Of a DNA stretch of 64,000 bases, positions 28,701 through 37,470 are shown in pieces (position 1 is the stretch's first letter; each line of letters starts with the position of its first letter). A model generated the notes under the pieces. That model ran no database searches and was not told the origin of the DNA. It worked only from the letters and a program-made list of their open reading frames with translations. The stretch covers positions 49 to 64,048 of the forward strand of contig JABDEY010000003.1 in NCBI GenBank assembly GCA_013286805.1, read 5' to 3'. The stretch is from Bacteroidota bacterium (GTDB taxonomy: Bacteria; Bacteroidota; Bacteroidia; JABDFU01). The translations under genes were made by a program, and so were the position numbers.

Positions 28701-30203
28701 TACCTGGGCACTTCCTACAGTTTTAAACAGGATTTAATTATTGAACCTAATTCCTTTGGTTTCCAAAACCTGATCGTTTATGATCAGGTTTATGAACAGA
28801 ATAGAAAAAACAATACGCTTTCTGATAAGGATAAAAAGTCGGGTTCGGGTACTGCAATTGTAAACGGAAAGCTTTACCATGATAATTTCAAAAATTTTCA
28901 GCTCGATTTTGATATTGCCCCTACAAAGTTTATGGCACTCAATACCAATGAAAATGACAATAGTTTGTATTACGGAAAGGCCTATGTAACCGGTCCTCAT
29001 GTAAACATATCGGGCTTTTTAAACAATATCATTCATATTGTAGCCGATGTGAAAACAGATAAAGTGACCTTTTCCAACCGAAGCGAACTCACTAAATTAT
29101 ATATCCCGCTCACCAGCACAACAGATATTTCTTCCACTAATTATATCACATTTATTTCAAAAGACACGATTCATAAAATAAATAAATATAAAGTTGACCT
29201 GAGCGGATTGCAGCTTGATTTTGATCTGGACATGACTACGGATGCTGAAATTCAACTGATATTTGATCAAAAGGTGGGTGATGTGATAAAGGCGCAGGGT
29301 AATGGTGCAGTTAAGCTGGAAATAAGTACGCTTGGCAAATTCAACATGTTTGGCAATTATACAGTGGAAAACGGGGATTATTTATTTACCCTTCAAAATA
29401 TTATCAATAAAAAATTTAATCTGGAAAAGGGTGGGACCATAAAATGGGCGGGAGATCCTTATGATGCCAGTATTGACCTGAGTGCCATATATAAAGTGAG
29501 AACTTCCCTCACTCCTTTATTTGATACGAGTGCAATTTACAAGCATCAATATCCTGTAAACTGCAAAATGTTGCTGGCCAATAAACTGATGAGTCCGGAT
29601 ATTACTTTTGATATTGATTTGCCTACGGCTGATGAAGGCACCAGACGGGATGTCAGAAGTATTGTGAACAGTGATCTGGAAATGAACCGGCAGGTATTTT
29701 CCCTGATGGTGCTTGGTAGTTTTGTAACGCCTCAGAATCTGGCAGGTTTTGCGACGAATGAAACCAGCAGTGCGGGATTGAATGCATCGAGTGAGTTGTT
29801 GTCCAATCAGCTCAGTAATATGCTCTCTAAAATCAGCAAGGATTTCGATCTGGGTGTAAAGTATCAGGCCGGCGATAAGTTAACCAATGAGGAAATGCAA
29901 GTGGCTCTTTCTACCCAATTGTTTAATAACCGGCTTGCGATTGATGGTAATTTTGGGGTTTCTTCAAGCGTTACTCAGAACACCAATACGTTGGTTGGGG
30001 ACGTGAATATGGAATACAAATTAACGGACGATGGTAAGGTACGCATTAAGGCTTTTAACCGGACGAATGACAATGCGATTATTAATTTAAGTTCGCCCTA
30101 TACCCAGGGTGTGGGGATATTTTACAGAGAGGAGTTTAATACGATCAGTGATTTGTGGAAGCGGTATATTCTGAAAACTGAGAAGAAGGTTGGTGACCGG
30201 TGA
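25767..30203 (+). CDS. TamB-like translocation and assembly module protein (DUF490-type C-terminus)
   Basis: 1478-aa beta-rich ORF, divergent from tsaD. The C-terminal region (GDPYDASIDLSAIYKV...) resembles the TamB/DUF490 family. The N-terminal signal-anchor is truncated at the GTG chosen by the track (see finding). Confidence 0.7.
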   Translation: MLFIVSGLVCMRSSWAQTKLTRTAASWYSSKLGTVVTVGGVDIEFFKKLVFRDVYIQDLHRDTLLYLKELKLDVTSISFKKHELYASELIMENVRAKLARYKGENRFNFQFLIDAFSVKDTVKTRDSPWEIQCADVALRSVDFTYKNLEDAGKSAGINFSDLAIKNLNGNLRKIHFEKKELTVTVSNLSAREKSGFVLTTLNTKASLSSVRLLLEKLEIVTPLSHISTDLTMSYTCYGDFSDFLNQVNLKAKFDTCRVEFSDLAYFAPALKGIHHTVIFSGNVNGKISAINGRQMKIRLGKSTFFDGDIKLDGLPDIDETVMYLKVNKVITNRNDLQEFPIPPFTDGKTLEIPVNMTSLGAISFHGNMAGFLDDFVAYGTFYSALGSVSTDLSVNEDFKTGKLYYDGKLNSEGFDIGQFLNIKQVGILALDAAIKGSGVESDKVDAKLDGTIKRIDAMGYSYKDVLVSARVSKKIFDGSLFINDDNLKLNFDGNINFSNVVPLLNFGADIRYANLTALHLITNGKPTSFSSVLAIKMKGNTIDNITGVMDVNHTQVSVDKDVFNFHSFRLLATNDSKIKQLNIESDFFTGDIKGKFTLKELGVSVENLLSTVMPAYFSSIHLKVPVEENFELKAKLNKPRDFMKLFFPKYEIADGTLINGSYSSSMEQLGFTISSSRISVFGKQINNLDVNSQLRNGKLDVHLKSSQIAVSDSAFFKNFDLDISTKNDSSALQAKWGNHSHPENSGMVKAKLIFKTGPEIRFSFLPSEVVIADSVWNVNSTNLISIDPSCVYIHNMEFANGLQHITINGSSSNYSNDSMFIAFSQFNLANLNKMTGAGLKLKGIVNGKTVICGIYSSPVILSNNNFTDLQINTERIGNGYVKTIWDTDKDALGLNGLFSKELLPNIVFSGFYYPKKGNSIDLNLTLNTLSLDLLKPYVKEYCRDLSGDFSGMISIKGPISKPDLNGKLRIDAKKITVNYLGTSYSFKQDLIIEPNSFGFQNLIVYDQVYEQNRKNNTLSDKDKKSGSGTAIVNGKLYHDNFKNFQLDFDIAPTKFMALNTNENDNSLYYGKAYVTGPHVNISGFLNNIIHIVADVKTDKVTFSNRSELTKLYIPLTSTTDISSTNYITFISKDTIHKINKYKVDLSGLQLDFDLDMTTDAEIQLIFDQKVGDVIKAQGNGAVKLEISTLGKFNMFGNYTVENGDYLFTLQNIINKKFNLEKGGTIKWAGDPYDASIDLSAIYKVRTSLTPLFDTSAIYKHQYPVNCKMLLANKLMSPDITFDIDLPTADEGTRRDVRSIVNSDLEMNRQVFSLMVLGSFVTPQNLAGFATNETSSAGLNASSELLSNQLSNMLSKISKDFDLGVKYQAGDKLTNEEMQVALSTQLFNNRLAIDGNFGVSSSVTQNTNTLVGDVNMEYKLTDDGKVRIKAFNRTNDNAIINLSSPYTQGVGIFYREEFNTISDLWKRYILKTEKKVGDR

Positions 30204-30271
30204 TCGGTAAGGGAGATCAAAACAATTAAATCGCTTCATTTTCCTATATTTGTTGAAATCCTGATATTCAA

Positions 30272-31861
30272 ATGAACTATAACCGGATATTTCAATTTGT
30301 TTTTGTGGCACTTGTTGGGCTGCCCTTTTGTATTTTTTCTCAATCAACCGATGAGAAAAAAAAACCTGCTGATCTGAAATCGGCTGAAGAAAAGATGAGA
30401 TCGGGAAACTTTGAAGGTGCATTGGACGATTTCCTGGTATTGCTCGAAAAGGATCCCAAGAATATTAAATTCAATTATGATATTGGTGTTTGTTACCTGA
30501 ATTCGAATATTGGTAAAAAAAAGGCTATCCCTTATTTAGAGATTGTTACCCGCAATGCTGATTCTGATCCGAATGCAAAATATCTATTAGGTAGGGCTTA
30601 TCATTTTGCCTATCGCCTGGACGACGCGCTAAAGGCCTATAATGCATTTAAAGAAGGTGGAAAAGGCAAACCCGAAAACCTGAAAGAGGTTGACCGGCAG
30701 ATTCAGGATTGTATTAATGCGAAGGAATTAATGAAGTTTCCATTGAATGTTACTTTTGAAAATATGGGTAAGAATGTGAATTCTCCTTTTGCAGATTATT
30801 ACCCTTTTATCACCAAGGATGAATCTTTTGTGGTATTTAATTCCAAGCGTCCTGGTACAGGTTCTGAGACTGGAATAGATGGGGCTTATCCTTCTACTAT
30901 ATTCATTTCACGTGTTCAAAATGGGATTTATACCAAGGCTCAGGTCATTGGCCCTCCTATTACTCAAGGGAATGGGAATGAGGAAGTAATCGGTCTGTCA
31001 AGTGCGGGAGATAAAATGTTGCTGTATTATTTTAAAGGTGGGGCCGGCGAGATTTATATGTCAACCCAGAATGCGGATAAGGCTTTTACAAAAGCACAGC
31101 TAATGGGTGATAATGTGAATGCAAAAGGAGGACATGAAATTGCTGCCTCTATTACGGCAGATGGAAACGCTATTTATTTTGCAAGCGATAAGCCAGGGGG
31201 AAATGGAGGCGTGGATATTTATGTTTCCCGGATTTTACCAAATGGGTTGTGGGGACCGGCGGAAAACCTGGGAACAGAAGTCAATTCAGCGCTGGATGAG
31301 GATTTTCCGAATATTTCTCCCGATGGGAAAACACTCTATTTTAGTTCCAAAGGTCATACCAGTATGGGTGGGTATGATATATTCAAGGCTGAGTTGAATG
31401 AGGTCACTCATAAGTTTGAGGCCGTGAAAAATGTGGGATACCCGATTAATACACCTGAGGATGACATGAATCTGCGTTTGTCAGAAAACGGAAGGTATGG
31501 ATACATTTCGGCTGTGCGCGATGGTGGTCTCGGTGACCTGGATATTTATCGTGTGACCTTTGGTGATGTTGAGCCCCAGTATTCTGTGCTTACAGGACTA
31601 ATTGCTTCTGCTGACGGGGTGAAAAAGGTTAACTATACAGATGTGTTTATTACTGTTACGGATAATAAGACCCAGCAGATTTATGGTAACTATATTCCTA
31701 ATCCTTCTTCGGGTCGTTATGTGATTATTTTACCTCCCGGAACGTATCATATGGAACTGGAGGCTACTGGTTTTGAAACCTATACGGAGACCCTGAATGT
31801 GCTTGATAAAAGTTCGTTTGCTACTGAGATTGACAAGGATATTAAGTTGAAGGGGAAGTAA
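30272..31861 (+). CDS. Exported TPR / PD40 (TolB-like beta-propeller) / carboxypeptidase-regulatory-like domain protein
   Basis: Signal peptide (FVFVALVGLPFCIFSQ) and a TPR segment. PD40-type repeats are DGNAIYFASDKPGGNGGVDIYVS and DGKTLYFSSKGHTSMGGYDIFKA. The C-terminal region is GRYVIILPPGTYHMELEATGFE. There is no OmpA domain. Confidence 0.7.
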   Translation: MNYNRIFQFVFVALVGLPFCIFSQSTDEKKKPADLKSAEEKMRSGNFEGALDDFLVLLEKDPKNIKFNYDIGVCYLNSNIGKKKAIPYLEIVTRNADSDPNAKYLLGRAYHFAYRLDDALKAYNAFKEGGKGKPENLKEVDRQIQDCINAKELMKFPLNVTFENMGKNVNSPFADYYPFITKDESFVVFNSKRPGTGSETGIDGAYPSTIFISRVQNGIYTKAQVIGPPITQGNGNEEVIGLSSAGDKMLLYYFKGGAGEIYMSTQNADKAFTKAQLMGDNVNAKGGHEIAASITADGNAIYFASDKPGGNGGVDIYVSRILPNGLWGPAENLGTEVNSALDEDFPNISPDGKTLYFSSKGHTSMGGYDIFKAELNEVTHKFEAVKNVGYPINTPEDDMNLRLSENGRYGYISAVRDGGLGDLDIYRVTFGDVEPQYSVLTGLIASADGVKKVNYTDVFITVTDNKTQQIYGNYIPNPSSGRYVIILPPGTYHMELEATGFETYTETLNVLDKSSFATEIDKDIKLKGK

Positions 31862-31881
31862 GGGATACGTTTAAAAAGAAA

Positions 31882-31910
31882 GTTCAAGTCTGAAAATAAA
31901 TCGGGGCTTT
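31882..31910 (+). repeat. Gene-end motif, family 3, second copy
   Basis: gttcaagtctgaaaataaatcggggcttt lies 21 nt after the stop of the PD40 protein gene. It differs from 20373..20400 by one substitution and one extra G. Confidence 0.6.
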
Positions 31911-32005
31911 TTGTTGGTATTAATGCCGCGCAGATGAACTCGCCTCTGGGGCTCAGACAGCCTCTGCTTTCTTTGATTCCTTTCTCGTTTCTTTCTTTCT
32001 TTCTC

Positions 32006-32770
32006 CTAATCCTGCAAGTTGAATATTTTCCAGGATTTGTCGGCCTGAAGTTTTAGCATGTTTATGCCATTCATTGTCTTAGCTCCATTTAGTTTTCCCC
32101 TTTTCAGGAATTCTGTTTCCTCAGGGTTATAAACGAGGTCATACAAAAAGTGTTTTGTTGTGAGGTGTTCGTAAGGAATTTGAGGATAGTTATGTATATC
32201 CGGAAATGTGCCCATTGGGGTTGTGTTGATGATCAGCTGACAGGATTGAATTATTTCTTTTGTCAGTTCGCTATACAAAAAATCTGCTTTGTACGGTTTA
32301 CTCTTAGCGTTGCGGCTTACCTTAATGGTTTCAATTCCTGTTTTTTTTAATGCATATTCTACTGCTTTGGATGCACCGCCATTGCCAAGTATCAATGCTT
32401 TCCGGTAATGATTCTTCAGAAAAGGCTTTATGCTTTGTGAGAATCCATAAGCATCTGTGTTAAAACCTTTAAGTGATACCTGGCCGGATAGTGAATGTTT
32501 GATTTTTATACAATTGACTGCGCCAATGATCTTTGCTGTTGCTTCCAGTTCTGTCAGAAAGGGAATTATTTGTTCTTTATAAGGAATTGTTACATTCAGG
32601 CCTAAAAGATTTGGGTGGGTTGCGATAAGCGTACTGAATTCCTTTATGTCAGAGATTGGGAATAATTCATAGGAGGTATTTGTGATGATTTCCCGTCTGA
32701 ACTTTTCTTTGAAATAGTTATGTGAAAATGAATGGGTGAGGGGATACCCTATTAAACCAAAAATTCGCAT
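32006..32770 (-). CDS. aroE: Shikimate dehydrogenase
   Basis: 254 aa. FGLIGYPLTHSFSHNYF, NVTIPYK and GNGGASKAV (Rossmann) are AroE motifs. Confidence 0.88.
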   Translation of the reverse strand: MRIFGLIGYPLTHSFSHNYFKEKFRREIITNTSYELFPISDIKEFSTLIATHPNLLGLNVTIPYKEQIIPFLTELEATAKIIGAVNCIKIKHSLSGQVSLKGFNTDAYGFSQSIKPFLKNHYRKALILGNGGASKAVEYALKKTGIETIKVSRNAKSKPYKADFLYSELTKEIIQSCQLIINTTPMGTFPDIHNYPQIPYEHLTTKHFLYDLVYNPEETEFLKRGKLNGAKTMNGINMLKLQADKSWKIFNLQD

Positions 32771-33405
32771 CAGGACTTTTTTGCGGTACGCGCCTTGATA
32801 AGTTCAAATGCAATGGGTAAAAGAGATAAGAGGATTATTCCTATGGCCACTTTTTCAATATTGTTCCGTATCCATTCAAAATGGCCCAGAAAATAACCTG
32901 CAAAGGTTAAACTGCCTATCCATATCGCACCTCCAAGTAAATCGAACAGTAAAAAAACGCGGTATTTCATTTCTGCTATTCCGGCAACAAAAGGTGCAAA
33001 TGTTCTCACTATCGGCACGAAGCGTGCCAGGATAATTGTTTTGGGTCCATGTTTTTCATAAAATAGATGTGTTTTGCTGAGGTATTCCTGCTTAACCATA
33101 TTTTTTCCTTTGACTTTTAATTTTAAAATGCGCAAGCCGATGTTCTTTCCTATAAAATAATTTGTGTTATCACCCAAAACTGCCGCTATGAAAAGCAGCA
33201 TGAACAGAAATGCGATATTCATATACCCAAGGCGCGCGAATAGCCCAGCTGTAAATAACAGGGAGTCTCCAGGTAAAAAGGGGGTGACTACTAAGCCGGT
33301 TTCAGCAAATATGATCAGAAATAAGATACAATAAACGAGGGTTCCGTAATTCGAAAACAGCCATTCAAAATCGAGGTGAAGAATGTGTTTGAATAATTCT
33401 ACCAT
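32770..33405 (-). CDS. DedA/VTT-domain membrane protein
   Basis: 211 aa and multi-TM. PFLPGDSLLF and ARFVPIVRTFAPFVAG are DedA family motifs. Confidence 0.85.
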   Translation of the reverse strand: MVELFKHILHLDFEWLFSNYGTLVYCILFLIIFAETGLVVTPFLPGDSLLFTAGLFARLGYMNIAFLFMLLFIAAVLGDNTNYFIGKNIGLRILKLKVKGKNMVKQEYLSKTHLFYEKHGPKTIILARFVPIVRTFAPFVAGIAEMKYRVFLLFDLLGGAIWIGSLTFAGYFLGHFEWIRNNIEKVAIGIILLSLLPIAFELIKARTAKKS

Positions 33406-33412
33406 GCATTAA

Positions 33413-33727
33413 TTAATACTTAGTTAAGGATTTATCAATTGTATCAGCATAAGCCAATATTCCTCCTTTGAGATTAAAGACATTGTCATATCCCTGCTGT
33501 TCGAGCATCTGAACAATAGCAGCAGAGCGCTTGCCGCTTTTACAATAGACGACTACCTGTTTGTTTTTATTTATCCTTTTAAGATTATCCACAACTTCCC
33601 CCATGGGAATTAGCTCGCCTCCGATGGTTGTAATTTCAACTTCAAATGGTTCTCTTACATCTATCAATTGAAAATCTGCTTTATTGTCTCTGAGATTTTT
33701 TAATTCCTGTGGGGTGATTTCCTTCAT
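33413..33727 (-). CDS. Rhodanese-like single-domain sulfurtransferase
   Basis: 104 aa with the active-site loop VVVYCKSGKRSA (CxxGxR). Confidence 0.85.
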   Translation of the reverse strand: MKEITPQELKNLRDNKADFQLIDVREPFEVEITTIGGELIPMGEVVDNLKRINKNKQVVVYCKSGKRSAAIVQMLEQQGYDNVFNLKGGILAYADTIDKSLTKY

Positions 33728-34517
33728 TGTAGAATTCTAAATAGTTTTTTTGCATGTTTTTAGGTAAAAAGCTGAAAAAAGTATCTCCCCGAAGCCCTAA
33801 TCGCAATGTTTCCAATGGTATTACATCATCGTAACCTATGTTACCCAAATTCACATTTGGCCCCAGTAATTTAATAAACCAAACCTGCTGGGATTTTTGA
33901 GGTGCTTCCCATAATACATCGTCTTTGTTAATTGTTCCAAGTATTTTATTAATGAGCAAGGTATGTGCATGTCCGCTTGACCGATAAATACCAACGGTTC
34001 CACTCTCCCTCGCTTCTGCAATTACTTTGAACGAGCCCGCCTGAAGTTCTTTTTTCATCATTGAAGTCCACTTTGCAGGGCGGATAACAAATCCTTCTTC
34101 TTTGGACCCTACTTCGGAAAGCACCGTGAAGTTTTTAGAAAGGGTATGGATGTATTCGCATTTTTTCGCATGGGGTAAGGTAATTGAACCGTCGGATACT
34201 TCGGCCATGTCCAGTTTCAGTTTTTCAAGTAATTTGACATAATCGTTAAACATGTCCCTGATAATAAACGATTCAAATAAAGTGCCTCCAAGGTAAACCC
34301 TGATATTTGCCTCTTTGTATAATCTAATTTTCTTCTCGACGTTTTTTGTCAGAAAAGACGTTCCGAAACCAAGTTTTACAATATCCGTATAATCTCCGTT
34401 GGTTTCAATGAAGTCTTCTACCTGTCTCAGGCTAAGACCTTTGTCCATCATCATGGTAAGACCTGACTTACGAGGCTTTCCTGTACGTTCCGGTATATGT
34501 GGTAAAGTAAAATTCAT
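33681..34517 (-). CDS. comA: (2R)-phospho-3-sulfolactate synthase (ComA family)
   Basis: 278 aa. PERTGKPRKSGLTMMMDKGL...YTDIVKLGFGTS...YLGGTLFE matches my recollection of the ComA/PF02679 TIM-barrel family. Its 3' end overlaps the rhodanese start by 47 nt. Confidence 0.75.
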   Translation of the reverse strand: MNFTLPHIPERTGKPRKSGLTMMMDKGLSLRQVEDFIETNGDYTDIVKLGFGTSFLTKNVEKKIRLYKEANIRVYLGGTLFESFIIRDMFNDYVKLLEKLKLDMAEVSDGSITLPHAKKCEYIHTLSKNFTVLSEVGSKEEGFVIRPAKWTSMMKKELQAGSFKVIAEARESGTVGIYRSSGHAHTLLINKILGTINKDDVLWEAPQKSQQVWFIKLLGPNVNLGNIGYDDVIPLETLRLGLRGDTFFSFLPKNMQKNYLEFYNEGNHPTGIKKSQRQ

Positions 34518-35926
34518 TTTTTATAGGATTCAATCAGATCCAGAACAATGGTATTTTCTTTGAGTTGAGGCAGGTATTCAAACAGGTCAGAATGTTTATC
34601 ATAATCCAGACCCAAAGCATTGTGCAGAAATGTTAAAGCTTCCTGTTTTTGACCTACACTGAACAAACAGGCTGAAATCCGGTATAATAATTCCGCATTG
34701 TCTGGATGATGTTTAACACCTTCTGCCAGAATTTCCAGTGCCCGCGTCTTGTCTCCTTGACTATCCAACAGATTGGCGAAGTCCAGCCAGATATCCTTAT
34801 TCTCAGGTTCCAACTCAGTTACTTTGGTATACGCAATACCTGCTTCTTCATAAAAATCAAGTTTACACTGCATATCACCAAATACATACCAGAAAACACC
34901 GCTCTCCGGCTGCAGATCAATTGCCTTTTTTACATAATGAATACCTTCTGATGTGCGTGCCAATGAGTCGAGTGAGATACCTATTCCAAGCCATGCATCG
35001 GCAAGGAGCGGATCTGCCTTAATGGCTTTATTGTAAAAAACCAGTGCCGTGTCATATTGCTCTTTTTTTTCATAACATTCGGCTATGTAATAATAGGCCA
35101 GAGCATCCTGGTGTTCATACAGGAATGTTTCTTTGTAGGTTTCTATTGCCTCATCATAACGTTCGAGGTTGGCAAGTGCATTGGCTTTGTTAAAATAGGC
35201 GGATGCGAAGGTCTCATCTATTGCCAGTGCATAGTCGTATGCAAGAATTGCCTTTTCATACAAAGCTAACCTGTTGTAGCTGACTCCGAGGTTGAACCAG
35301 GCTGTTTTAGAATAAGGGTTTTTATCCAGAAACCCTGAATAATATTTGACCGCTTCTTCTGATTTTCCGGTTATTTCATAACAAAAAGCCAATTCATAAA
35401 GCGCAGCTTCATTTTCAGGGTTACACTGGACTGCCTTTTTCAGGTAATAAATGGCATCATCTGTCTTTCCGTTATTCCCGAATTCAAAGGCCATATTCAA
35501 ATACACCTCATCCGGTACTTCCGTAAACTCCAGCGCTTTTTTGTAATTCTCTATGGCCTGATCAGTCAGGCCCATCTGGCTATACACCCCGCCTTTAGTC
35601 ATATACAATTCATCACTTGGGGACTCCAGCCGCTCCGCCTGGCTAAGTATTTCCAATGCCTTATGAGTTTGGTTAGCTGCAGATAAAAGCTGTGCACTGC
35701 GCAGCATAAAAAATGTTGCGGTGGGGTATTGTTCGAGTGCAAATTCGATGACAACTACAGCCTGAGGGTGATTATTTACATCAATATAGAATTCAACAAT
35801 TTCTTCCAGTTCGTGTGTGTCAAAAAACAAGTGCTCCCCTTTTTGGATCATTTCTTCGAAACGACCAACAAGAGCCTTGATTTCCTGCTCTTCGTTTTCT
35901 TCAAAATCGTCTTTATTTTCAGCCAT
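34514..35926 (-). CDS. Tetratricopeptide-repeat protein
   Basis: 470 aa with many 34-aa A/Y/L-periodic TPR units (AIE.YKKALE..P...EA.YNLA..Y) and an acidic N-terminus. It shows an ATGA-type 4-nt overlap with the comA start. Confidence 0.8.
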   Translation of the reverse strand: MAENKDDFEENEEQEIKALVGRFEEMIQKGEHLFFDTHELEEIVEFYIDVNNHPQAVVVIEFALEQYPTATFFMLRSAQLLSAANQTHKALEILSQAERLESPSDELYMTKGGVYSQMGLTDQAIENYKKALEFTEVPDEVYLNMAFEFGNNGKTDDAIYYLKKAVQCNPENEAALYELAFCYEITGKSEEAVKYYSGFLDKNPYSKTAWFNLGVSYNRLALYEKAILAYDYALAIDETFASAYFNKANALANLERYDEAIETYKETFLYEHQDALAYYYIAECYEKKEQYDTALVFYNKAIKADPLLADAWLGIGISLDSLARTSEGIHYVKKAIDLQPESGVFWYVFGDMQCKLDFYEEAGIAYTKVTELEPENKDIWLDFANLLDSQGDKTRALEILAEGVKHHPDNAELLYRISACLFSVGQKQEALTFLHNALGLDYDKHSDLFEYLPQLKENTIVLDLIESYKK

Positions 35927-36010
35927 TAAAAGCGGGTAAGTTTATCCCTCAAATGTAATTAAATAACTGAAAAAAAGTATCTTTGTGCTCCTCTAAAAAC
36001 GAACAAGCTA

Positions 36011-37426
36011 TTGGCACTGATAAAATCAATTTCAGGGATACGTGGAACGATAGGCGGTAAGGCAGGGCAAGGACTGACTCCGGTTGATATTGTCAAATAC
36101 ACTTCCGCCTTTGGTTTTTGGGTAAAGAAATATGCCAAAAGCCAGCGGGTACATATCGTAGTAGGAAGAGATGCCCGGATATCTGGCGATATGGTCAATA
36201 ATCTTGTTTTGGGAACCTTACAGGGATTGGGGATAGATGCGATTGACATTGGTGTTTCTACCACTCCTACTGTGGAAATTGCAGTTTCGGAGGAGCATGC
36301 CGACGGAGGAATTATTATTACAGCAAGTCATAATCCCAAGCAATGGAATGCCCTGAAGCTTTTGAATGAAAAAGGAGAATTTATTTCTGAAAAGGACGGA
36401 GCTGAGGTGCTCCACATAGCGGAACAGGATTCCTTCTCTTTTGCTGAAGTAAATGTTCTTGGTCAGGTCAAGCGTAATGATACGTATTTCCAAAAACACA
36501 TTTCAAAAATCCTGGCTTTGGATTTGATTGATGTGATGGCTATAAGGGCAAAAAAATTCAAGGTGGTAATAGATTGTGTCAACTCCTCCGGGGGCATTGT
36601 TATTCCTCAATTATTGAATGCACTTGGTGTGGAAGATATTGTAAAAGTTTTTTGCGAACCAAACGGTGAGTTTCAGCATAACCCGGAACCTTTACCTGAG
36701 AATTTAAGAGAATTAGCCAAAGCGGTAACCAAAAACAAAGCTCATTTGGGATTTGCCGTTGATCCGGATGTGGACCGCCTGGCAATCGTGTGTGAGGACG
36801 GAGAGATGTTCGGAGAGGAGTATACGCTTGTAACAGTTGCTGATTATGTGTTGAAGAACAGTAAAAAAGCAGGTAATACGGTATCGAATATGTCTTCCAC
36901 AAGAGCTTTGAGGGATGTGACTGAGAAAGCCGGTGTAAGTTACACCGCATCCGCTGTGGGAGAGGTAAATGTGGTAACACTCATGAAGGAGACAAGGGCG
37001 ATCATTGGAGGAGAAGGAAACGGAGGAATTATCTATCCGGAGCTTCATTATGGCCGTGATGCACTTGTGGGGATTGCTTTATTCCTAAGTCAGTTGGCAA
37101 GGTATGGGAAAAGTTGTTCCATGCTGCGTGCGACTTATCCGGATTATCATATCTCTAAAAATAAAATTGAATTATTGCCGGAGTTGAATGTGGAAAGTAT
37201 TTTACGCGGTATTCAGGAAAAATACAAGAAACATCCTATCAATACAGTTGATGGTGTGAAGATTGAATTTAATAACAAGGAATGGGTACACCTGAGACGA
37301 TCCAATACGGAACCCATCATTCGTATTTATTCTGAGAGTGAATCTGCAACAACTGCTGACAATCTGGCAAAGAAAATAATCCTTGACATTCGGGAGATTA
37401 TCAAGAATCAGCGAATTCAGGCTTAA
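36011..37426 (+). CDS. glmM: Phosphoglucosamine mutase (alpha-D-phosphohexomutase family)
   Basis: TTG start giving MALIKSISGIRGTIGG. It has the phosphoserine loop ITASHNPKQWNALK and the metal loop FAVDPDVDRL. Confidence 0.85.
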   Translation: MALIKSISGIRGTIGGKAGQGLTPVDIVKYTSAFGFWVKKYAKSQRVHIVVGRDARISGDMVNNLVLGTLQGLGIDAIDIGVSTTPTVEIAVSEEHADGGIIITASHNPKQWNALKLLNEKGEFISEKDGAEVLHIAEQDSFSFAEVNVLGQVKRNDTYFQKHISKILALDLIDVMAIRAKKFKVVIDCVNSSGGIVIPQLLNALGVEDIVKVFCEPNGEFQHNPEPLPENLRELAKAVTKNKAHLGFAVDPDVDRLAIVCEDGEMFGEEYTLVTVADYVLKNSKKAGNTVSNMSSTRALRDVTEKAGVSYTASAVGEVNVVTLMKETRAIIGGEGNGGIIYPELHYGRDALVGIALFLSQLARYGKSCSMLRATYPDYHISKNKIELLPELNVESILRGIQEKYKKHPINTVDGVKIEFNNKEWVHLRRSNTEPIIRIYSESESATTADNLAKKIILDIREIIKNQRIQA

Positions 37427-37470
37427 TAGGTAGTTTGAATTGAATGAATGCATATTGTTGAATTGAATGA

